Positions 57,289 through 64,000 of a DNA stretch of 64,000 nt are shown piece after piece. The translations under genes were made by a program, and so were the position numbers. Position 1 is the stretch's first letter, and each line of letters starts with the position of its first letter. The notes below the pieces were generated by a model that ran no database searches, was not told the DNA's origin, and saw nothing but the letters and a program-made list of their open reading frames with translations. The stretch comes from Spirochaetia bacterium (lineage in GTDB: Bacteria; Spirochaetota; Spirochaetia; SZUA-6; Bin103), in NCBI GenBank assembly GCA_965198005.1, contig CBDAOI010000003.1, forward strand, positions 1,120,001 through 1,184,000, given 5' to 3'.

Positions 57289-58830
57289 TCAGCGCCGCCG
57301 CCACCACAGGTACGCCGCGGCTACCACCAACAGCAGCGGCAGCAGTCCAATGCTGGAGACGTGCAGGAACCGCGCCTGCTCGGGCGACATGACCAGCCGG
57401 CGGAGGGGCAGCACCTTGCGGTCGACCGAGATGATCTGCTCACCCGCCGCCAGAAAGTTGACGGAGGTCAGCAGCAGATCGCTGTTGTTGCCGTTGCGGA
57501 AGTGCTGATTGGTGGCGAAGTCGGAATCGCCGAACACCACCAGTCGGGTGGTGTCCGAGAACTCGGCCGGGTCGGCGCCTTCCGGGAGCTGTTCCGCGAT
57601 ATCCACCCCGAGCGCCAGCGGCCCGCGCTGGTCCACCTCCTGGTCGAACTGAGCGCTGCCGTCGTCGGCAGCCTCGCCGCCGCGTTCGAGCCAGCTCTCG
57701 GGGCTGGTGAACACCAGTGGCCGAATCGCGAACTGCTCGAACTCGAACTCCGGAACCGGCAGCAGCGCGGTGGCGCCGGGGAAATAGGTTTCCTGCAGGC
57801 CGTACTGGTTGCGGGTGCGCGGTACCAGCGGCACGTCCGGATTGGGCGCGACGTTGGAGGCGGGATCCAGCACCAGGCCGTCGCTGATCTCGATCCCCCA
57901 CTCGCGCAGCAGCTCGCGCAGCTCGTCACCCGGATTGGGGTCGATCAGAATCAGCAGCCGGCCCGCGTCCTTGAGGTAGGCGCGCAGGATCTCCAGCTCG
58001 CTGCCGGCCAGTCGTTGGCGCGGCCCGGCCAGCACCAGCACGGCCGCGTCTTCGGGGATGCTCGGCGTGCGCAGCAGATCGAGCTCGCCCACGTAGAACA
58101 GGTTGTCGCGCAGGCCGCTGCGCAGGCTGTCGTATTCGTCGCGGATGCTGTGCTCGCCATGGCCGGTCAGAAAATAGACCTTGCGCTGCTTGATGCCGGT
58201 CACCTCGAGGATGGCGCTGGTGAATGCGTGCTCCGCCTCCTGCGCTATCTGGAAGCCGTAGACCGCCCGCTGCCCCTCGTCGCTGCGGAACACCACCATC
58301 CCGTACTGGGCGCCGAGCCGGTTGACGCCGTACTGGCGCGCCTCGTCCGGGCGCAGTTCCGGGTCGACCTCGCGCAGCGAGATCTGTTCGGTCAAGGTCC
58401 GGTACTCCGTGAGCAGGTTCAGGCCGTAGCTACTCACGGCCGGCGGGACGGTGGGGGTGAAGAAGGTCACGATCTCGACCTCCTTCTCCAGCCCCTCCAG
58501 CACGTCCTTGGTCTGGGAGGTGAGCGTGAACTGCGACAGACCGGTGAAGTCGAAGCGGTGCGAGTTGTTCGCGCTGATGCCGTTGGCCAGCAGGATGATG
58601 CCCGCGAACAACGACACGCTGACCGAAGCGCCGATGCCGAAGCGGCCGCGCCGGCTGGCGATGGCGCCGCCGACGCTGCGGAAGTCGAGCACCACGGCGA
58701 CCGCGATCAACGCCGCCCCCAGCGCGAAGATCGCCCACAGGTAGTCGCGGATGCCGGGCGAAATGAACCCGATGACCCATCCGATGAACAGCGATGCGAG
58801 TCCGAGGACTGCCAGCAGCTTGGTGTACAT
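57289..58830 (-). CDS. GldG-family ABC transporter auxiliary component
   Basis: RFDFT...FTL..QT, KVYFLTGHGE, RLVVFGDSDF, C-terminal WWRRR. Confidence 0.9.
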   Translation of the reverse strand: MYTKLLAVLGLASLFIGWVIGFISPGIRDYLWAIFALGAALIAVAVVLDFRSVGGAIASRRGRFGIGASVSVSLFAGIILLANGISANNSHRFDFTGLSQFTLTSQTKDVLEGLEKEVEIVTFFTPTVPPAVSSYGLNLLTEYRTLTEQISLREVDPELRPDEARQYGVNRLGAQYGMVVFRSDEGQRAVYGFQIAQEAEHAFTSAILEVTGIKQRKVYFLTGHGEHSIRDEYDSLRSGLRDNLFYVGELDLLRTPSIPEDAAVLVLAGPRQRLAGSELEILRAYLKDAGRLLILIDPNPGDELRELLREWGIEISDGLVLDPASNVAPNPDVPLVPRTRNQYGLQETYFPGATALLPVPEFEFEQFAIRPLVFTSPESWLERGGEAADDGSAQFDQEVDQRGPLALGVDIAEQLPEGADPAEFSDTTRLVVFGDSDFATNQHFRNGNNSDLLLTSVNFLAAGEQIISVDRKVLPLRRLVMSPEQARFLHVSSIGLLPLLLVVAAAYLWWRRR

Positions 58831-58836
58831 GACCCG

Positions 58837-59553
58837 TTACTTCCACCTCGTGGCTTCGATGGTTCTGGTCGCCATATAGAGAAACAGCGCGGTAACCGAG
58901 ACGTAGTAGACCAGCGACCTGGTGTCCACGACGCCGCGTGTAAAATCGGGAAAGTAGTGCCCGAGCGAGAGCTGCGCCACCAACTCGCCGGCCGGCCCCG
59001 GCAGCAGGCTGGCGCCCGACCCCAGAAACCAGAGGCCGAACAGGATGCCGCCGCTCAGCACCGCCGACACGATCTGGTTGTTGGTCACGGACGACGCGAA
59101 GATGCCGGCCCCCAGACAGGCGCTCCCCAGCAGCAGCAGCCCCAGGTAGCTGGTGGCGATCGGCCCCAGGTCGGGATCGCCGAACACCATCAGGAGGCCC
59201 GGGTAGTACAGGGTCAGCACCAGCATGCCCGCCACCACCACCAGGCTGCCCAGGAACTTGCCGACGATCAGCTCCCCGTCGCGCAACGGCGCGGTCAGCA
59301 GCAGCTCCCAGGTGCCGGTCTTCTTCTCCTCCGCCACCAGGCGCATGGTGAGCAGCGCCGCGAACAGCAGAATCAGGAACTGGGCGGCGTTGAGGAAGCC
59401 GCGGATGCTGGTATCGACGTAGCCGACACTCGCCAGGTAAGTGGCGAAGAAGGTGCCGGAGAGGGCCAGGAACACCGCCGTAATCACGTATGCCATCGGC
59501 GACGTGAGGTAGGTTGCCAGCTCCTTGCGGGCAATGATCAGGATGTTTCTCAA
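58837..59553 (-). CDS. GldF-like ABC permease
   Basis: KEL..YL.SP.AY, TMRL.AEEK..GT.ELLLTAP, GKFL, T.NQIV. Confidence 0.92.
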   Translation of the reverse strand: MRNILIIARKELATYLTSPMAYVITAVFLALSGTFFATYLASVGYVDTSIRGFLNAAQFLILLFAALLTMRLVAEEKKTGTWELLLTAPLRDGELIVGKFLGSLVVVAGMLVLTLYYPGLLMVFGDPDLGPIATSYLGLLLLGSACLGAGIFASSVTNNQIVSAVLSGGILFGLWFLGSGASLLPGPAGELVAQLSLGHYFPDFTRGVVDTRSLVYYVSVTALFLYMATRTIEATRWK

Positions 59554-60692
59554 CTCGTGCCGTCCTCCTGCGTTTCTTCTACATGTTCGGCATTTCTTGG
59601 TGACTGGCCGGGCGCCGCGCCGTTGGTCGTTCCGAGCCCAAGCCAGCCGTGCACGCCGGGAGCGAGTCGCCGATAGTGGCTGCTGATCCGCTCAGCCTCC
59701 GCCACGGTCATCTCCTTGAGCATGCCGTAGGCGTAGGGTAGGGCATGCTCCACGCGGTGAGTCAAGGCCCGGTCCCACATCGTGCTCCAGACGAACGGAT
59801 TGGTCAGCTCGGTGGGCGGGGCACTGCGGCTGCGTGCCACGAAACCCGGCAGAAACGGCCGTCCACTCTCCTCACCGACCGGAAGATAACGAAAATTCAG
59901 CGCCCAGCGAAGGTCGTCGGCGCTGGTATTCCGGGTCGCACCGTGCAGGACCTTGTTGTCCAGGAACAGAACGTCCCCGGGACTCATCGGAATGCGCTGC
60001 GCGCGCCCTTGGGTCTGCTCGTCGAACGGTCCCCAGCGTATGCCGTGCCGGTGGCTGCCGGGCACCACCTGCATGCACCCGTTCTCGGGCGTGGCCTCGG
60101 TCAGCGGCACCCAGGCATTGGCGATGCGGCTGGCGTGCGAGTTCGGCAGGCCGGAGGTGGCGTCCATGTGCAGGTCGGTCTTGCCGACCTGGAAGTTGTA
60201 GAACCCCTCCAATGCCGGATTGTCGCGGCCGGCGACCTTGGCCACCCGCTCCACTTCCGCCAGGTGCCGCTGCGCCAGCTTGAGGTTGACGTGGTAGATC
60301 GGCGAGGCGAGGATCTCGGGGCCGATCAGTGACTCGAGCACGTCGAGGATCCGGGAATTGCGGATCGTAGCGAACAGTTCCGGCAACTGGCCGGTCGGCA
60401 GGTCACGCCGCCACTGGAAGCTGTCGAGATAGATGTTGAGCAGCGGGTCGAGGTGGTGCAGCAGGCCGCCGCCGCTGGCTCCCACCGCCACGGCGAACCG
60501 TTGCGGGAAGGGCAGCGGGTCGTAGCCGGCGAGCGCTTCCGGGCAGTTCTCGCCCAGGTACACGTAGGCCAGCGCGTCGATCAGCCTGGTGTAGGCTTGC
60601 CGAACCGGCCCGAGGTCACGGTCCGGGTCGAGCAGACCGCGGACCAGCAGGTACCCGTCCGCTGCATATCTCTTGGCATTCGTATCAGACAT
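59550..60692 (-). CDS. Phytanoyl-CoA dioxygenase (PhyH) family protein
   Basis: AGGAG RBS; LHMD, WVPL..AT.ENGC..VVPGSH, LHG...N.S...R. Confidence 0.88.
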   Translation of the reverse strand: MSDTNAKRYAADGYLLVRGLLDPDRDLGPVRQAYTRLIDALAYVYLGENCPEALAGYDPLPFPQRFAVAVGASGGGLLHHLDPLLNIYLDSFQWRRDLPTGQLPELFATIRNSRILDVLESLIGPEILASPIYHVNLKLAQRHLAEVERVAKVAGRDNPALEGFYNFQVGKTDLHMDATSGLPNSHASRIANAWVPLTEATPENGCMQVVPGSHRHGIRWGPFDEQTQGRAQRIPMSPGDVLFLDNKVLHGATRNTSADDLRWALNFRYLPVGEESGRPFLPGFVARSRSAPPTELTNPFVWSTMWDRALTHRVEHALPYAYGMLKEMTVAEAERISSHYRRLAPGVHGWLGLGTTNGAAPGQSPRNAEHVEETQEDGTS

Positions 60693-60875
60693 TGTTCTCC
60701 TGTGGTTCACACCCGAGGCAGACGCTCTCTCGGGCGCGCGCCGGCCGGACCGCCCACGTGGCTCGGGACCTCAGGGCTGGCCGTCCACTTCAGTCTACCG
60801 CTCGCACCTCGCTCCGTCTACCCGGACGCTGGACAAACTGGACAAAAACGCGCGGAGGCGGTATATCCGCAGTCC

Positions 60876-61454
60876 GTGGACAATCTGTTGAAGAAACTGT
60901 TCGTCAAGGTGCGGGAGTCGGACGCCGAGTACCTGCAGATGGACGTGCGGCCGGTGCTGCCGGTGCTGGGCGTCGTGGTCGGGATCGTCGTGGGGCTGGT
61001 GGTCGCCATCAGCGGTCTGCAACCGTACCTGGGAGTGATGCTGATCGTGGCCGGCCCGCTGGCCGTCAGCTACGCCCCGAAGAAGACGGTGGTGCTGGAC
61101 CGCAAGGCCGACGGGCTCGCGGTGTACAAGCGCGGCCGGCTCGCCGCCGCCACCGGTCCGGCGGAAGCGAGCTGCAAGCTCAGCGAAGTCACCGCGGTCG
61201 AGGTGGTCTCCAGCAAGTCGGACCAGCGCAAGGTGCGTACCGAGCTGGTGCTGGCGGACGACAAGCGGCTGGCGATCGAGCGGCCGTTCTCGGTGTTTGC
61301 CGCCAAGCATCAGGTGATCGCCGCCACGCTCCGCAGCTTCCTGTTCGAGACCCCCGCCCCAGCCGAAGGCGCGACCGGCGGCGCGGAGGACACCCCCGAC
61401 GAGACCACCGACGAGACCATGAGCGAGCCCCCCGCCGGCCAGCCCGAGGAGTGA
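60876..61454 (+). CDS. Hypothetical membrane protein
   Basis: Two TM helices plus beta-rich soluble domain and acidic tail; start approximate. Confidence 0.7.
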   Translation: MDNLLKKLFVKVRESDAEYLQMDVRPVLPVLGVVVGIVVGLVVAISGLQPYLGVMLIVAGPLAVSYAPKKTVVLDRKADGLAVYKRGRLAAATGPAEASCKLSEVTAVEVVSSKSDQRKVRTELVLADDKRLAIERPFSVFAAKHQVIAATLRSFLFETPAPAEGATGGAEDTPDETTDETMSEPPAGQPEE

Positions 61455-61479
61455 ACGAAGGCCACTTTGCCTAGTGAAT

Positions 61480-61896
61480 TCACTTGGATGGGATATCCTT
61501 GAGTGAATGGTGTCCGAACTCATCGTCACGGTCAAGGTGCCGCACCGCTTCTTGCGGTAGCCGCGGTAACGTCTCCAGGCTTCGTTCGCCTCGCCCGCGC
61601 TCGTAGATCAGGATCCCCCAGCCGTCGATATGGGTCTTCAGCGGGGCATAGTCGATTCGCTCGTACGCCCGAACACCGCATTCCTGGGGAATCGCCAGTT
61701 CGTCGAGGTCGAGGGAAAGGCGGCCGAGCCGGTGTCGATCTACGATCCCGCGCGTAGCCAGGTCGATGTCCGACCGTTCGGTGGCTCGGCCGGTGGCCCG
61801 CGAGCCGAACAGAATCACCTGCTCCAGGTCAGGGTATCGTCTGAACACGGTGGCGAGCTTGCGTAGCAATGCGGCGGGAAGATTGACGTCGCTCAT
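61480..61896 (-). CDS. Minimal nucleotidyltransferase (MNT) antitoxin
   Basis: LFGSRATG...SDIDL. Confidence 0.88.
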   Translation of the reverse strand: MSDVNLPAALLRKLATVFRRYPDLEQVILFGSRATGRATERSDIDLATRGIVDRHRLGRLSLDLDELAIPQECGVRAYERIDYAPLKTHIDGWGILIYERGRGERSLETLPRLPQEAVRHLDRDDEFGHHSLKDIPSK

Positions 61897-61899
61897 GAC

Positions 61900-62358
61900 T
61901 CACTCATCTTCTTGTTCGGCCATCTCCCGGCTCAGCCGGAGATGCAACTCATTCAATCGTTCAAGATATTGTTCTTCGATGTCCTTGATTATCGCTTCGA
62001 ACGTGTCGCTGTCGTACGTGTGAGACATGCGGTTGCGGTCGGTCAGCATATCGATCCACAGCTCGCACTGGGAGATCAGCTTCGCCTGGCAGGCTTTCCG
62101 GATGACGGCGCGCGGGGTTACCGAGCTCAGCACGACACCATCGTGTTCCAGGCGGTCCTTGAGCGTATTCCAGGCGAGTTCGAAGGTGTACTCGAAACGC
62201 TGAATCATGCCTTCCTGCTCAAGCTCGTTCAGGGACTCAGCTCCCTCTTCCAGCGCGTTTTGCAACCGTCGAAATGCCCGGGAGAAGTTACTGAAGCGGT
62301 AGTGCCAGCGAATCTCCTCCTTGGGTATGTCGGGGGGTATGTCGGGTATGTCCGTCAT
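61900..62358 (-). CDS. HEPN / HI0074-family nucleotidyltransferase substrate-binding protein (toxin)
   Basis: G.IQRFEYTFELAW..LK, PR.VIR.A, DRNRMSHTYD (R-x4-H). Confidence 0.92.
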   Translation of the reverse strand: MTDIPDIPPDIPKEEIRWHYRFSNFSRAFRRLQNALEEGAESLNELEQEGMIQRFEYTFELAWNTLKDRLEHDGVVLSSVTPRAVIRKACQAKLISQCELWIDMLTDRNRMSHTYDSDTFEAIIKDIEEQYLERLNELHLRLSREMAEQEDE

Positions 62359-62407
62359 ATTCACCTCTCGTCTCCATTCTCGGTTGCCTTTCGAGAATGT
62401 GCCGGCG

Positions 62408-62650
62408 TCAGATCCTGCGCAGGAAGGCGCGCGCGGTGCTGTCCCACTCGTGGCTGACCACGTCGACGTCGCGCCGGTTGCCGTCGGCGGTGACGGTCAC
62501 GGTGACGTGGCCGCTGGCGCCCTGCAGGGTGATGCCGTCCGCGATCCGCCGCGTGACGGTGAGGCCGGCGCCTTGTGGTCCGAAGTGACGCTCGGCCGCA
62601 TCCAGCACCGCGGCCGCGGTCTTGCGGCTCTGCTTGCCCAGACGCACCAT
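62408..62650 (-). CDS. Small hypothetical protein
   Basis: 80-aa ORF, GC3-biased, protein-like. Confidence 0.65.
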   Translation of the reverse strand: MVRLGKQSRKTAAAVLDAAERHFGPQGAGLTVTRRIADGITLQGASGHVTVTVTADGNRRDVDVVSHEWDSTARAFLRRI

Positions 62651-62731
62651 GGGCTGGCAAGGTACCCCGCAGCCGGCGCCGGCACAAGGGCCGGCGGCTA
62701 GCTAGCTAGCTAGGAGGGAGGTAGCCACGCC

Positions 62732-64000
62732 ATGAGTTCCGACCAAGTGACGCCCACGCCTTCGCCGTTGCAGCCGGTCTATTCCCCCTACGGGCTGAAT
62801 GCGCTCGTTCCGTCTCCGGTCAACCGGATGATGGCCGGCGTCGCCGACGACTTCCGGCCCGGCTTCGACGTCAACCTCGGCGTCGGCTACGTCAACGAGG
62901 ACACCATCCCGCACGCGGCGATCGCGGCGGCGATGCGGGCCGTGCTGGATGATCCCGAGCACCACCGGCTGGCGCTCAACTACGGCGGCGCGCGCGGCTC
63001 GCCCAACCTGGTCGCGGCGTTGCGCCGGTACCTGGCGGAACGCGACGTCGGCTATGACGCGGCCTGCCTGGCGCGGCGCGAGATCATTGTCGGGCCCAAC
63101 GGCGCCACCAGCCTGCTGGAGGGAATAGCCGCCGTCACCGAGCCGGGGGTGGTGGTGACCAGCGACCCGATGTACTACATCTACACCAACCTGCTGCAGC
63201 GCATGGGATTTCGCGTGCTGGCGGTGCCCGAGGGAGCGGACGGCGTGGCGGCGGCGGCGGTGGCGGCCGCGCTGGAGCGGCTGGGGGCGGCGCGGCGGCA
63301 GGTGCGGTTTCTGTACTTCGTCACCGTCGGCAATCCCACCTCCACCGTCACCGGCGCGGCGCGCCGCCGCGAGTTGCTGGAGCTGGCGCGGCGCCTGTCG
63401 CGCGAGCTGGGCCATGCCGTGCCGTTGATCCTGGACCTGGCGTACGAGGAATTGCTCCACGACCCGGCGGTGGAGCGGGCGCCCTCCCTCGCCGCCGAGG
63501 ATGAGGAGGGTCTGCTGTACGAGGTCGGCACCCTGTCGAAGATCGTGGCGCCGGGCCTGCGCATCGGTTACCTGGTGGGGCCGCCGGGCGGGCTGATCGA
63601 CGCCCTGGTGCAACGCACCAGCGACATCGGCTTCTCCGCGCCGCTGATCAACCAGGAGATCGCCGCGCGGCTGCTGGACCGGCTGGTGGTGGAGCAGGTG
63701 CAGCGGGTCAACACCGGCTACCGCGCCAAGGCACAGGCCACGGCCGCCGCCATCGACCGGCTGCTGGGGGGCGAGATTGAGCACCGCCGCGGCGGCCGCG
63801 GCGGCTTCTACTTCTACCTGACCCTGCGCCGGACCGCCACCGGCGAGGCGTCGCCCTTCTTCCGCTACCTCACCGCCACCACCGGCGACCCGCGGGTGGA
63901 CGGCCGCCCGGGAGAGCGGCCGCGCGTGCTCTACGTGCCCGGCGAGCACTGCGTCCATCCCGCCGGCGAACTGGTCGCGGCCGGCGCCCGCCAACTGCGC
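62732..64000 (+). CDS. PLP-dependent aminotransferase class I/II (LysN/ARO8-like), runs off window end
   Basis: GGAGG RBS, ATG 62732; manual translation gives [40 protein letters not shown]. Confidence 0.92.
   Translation, partial: MSSDQVTPTPSPLQPVYSPYGLNALVPSPVNRMMAGVADDFRPGFDVNLGVGYVNEDTIPHAAIAAAMRAVLDDPEHHRLALNYGGARGSPNLVAALRRYLAERDVGYDAACLARREIIVGPNGATSLLEGIAAVTEPGVVVTSDPMYYIYTNLLQRMGFRVLAVPEGADGVAAAAVAAALERLGAARRQVRFLYFVTVGNPTSTVTGAARRRELLELARRLSRELGHAVPLILDLAYEELLHDPAVERAPSLAAEDEEGLLYEVGTLSKIVAPGLRIGYLVGPPGGLIDALVQRTSDIGFSAPLINQEIAARLLDRLVVEQVQRVNTGYRAKAQATAAAIDRLLGGEIEHRRGGRGGFYFYLTLRRTATGEASPFFRYLTATTGDPRVDGRPGERPRVLYVPGEHCVHPAGELVAAGARQLR

Noticed and set aside
1-64000. tRNA, rRNA, CRISPR array, riboswitch
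   Set aside because: None recognised by eye; a covariance-model scan (tRNAscan-SE, Infernal/Rfam) would be needed to exclude small RNAs

Overview
High-GC bacterial chromosomal window. The gene content (PEGA-ftsY-lolCDE, P-loop/Asp23 protein, adjacent efp-epmA, hisS-pcnB) suggests a spirochaete, but this is inference only. There are three zones. (1) 1-3.66 kb: a regulator / membrane protein / TPR / ABC (MacB-LolCDE-type) operon. (2) ~3.7-25.1 kb: a heavily decayed defence/accessory island. It holds stacked toxin-antitoxin relics (antitoxins mostly intact, toxins truncated), an intact HicAB, a Uma2 nuclease, an IS3 remnant, a MITE-like element and an ABC-2 exporter. It also holds a 1294-aa type IIG/Eco57I-like restriction-modification gene followed by two extra, diverged copies of its C-terminal segment, and a bacterial ubiquitination-like operon (E2 family E, JAB-E1 fusion split by a 1-nt frameshift, DUF6527-like Zn protein, truncated SDH/ClpP-class protease) whose E1 and E2 lack the usual catalytic cysteines. 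(3) 25.2-64 kb: apparently intact core and metabolic genes (hisS, pcnB, RluA-type synthase, prfB with +1 frameshift, ftsY, lolCDE, clpC, efp, epmA, TPP enzyme, OppD/F-like ATPases, PPIase, GldF/G-like transporter, two PhyH dioxygenases, HEPN-MNT pair, PLP aminotransferase). I saw no rRNA, tRNA or CRISPR array. All family calls come from motif recognition by eye; no searches were run.
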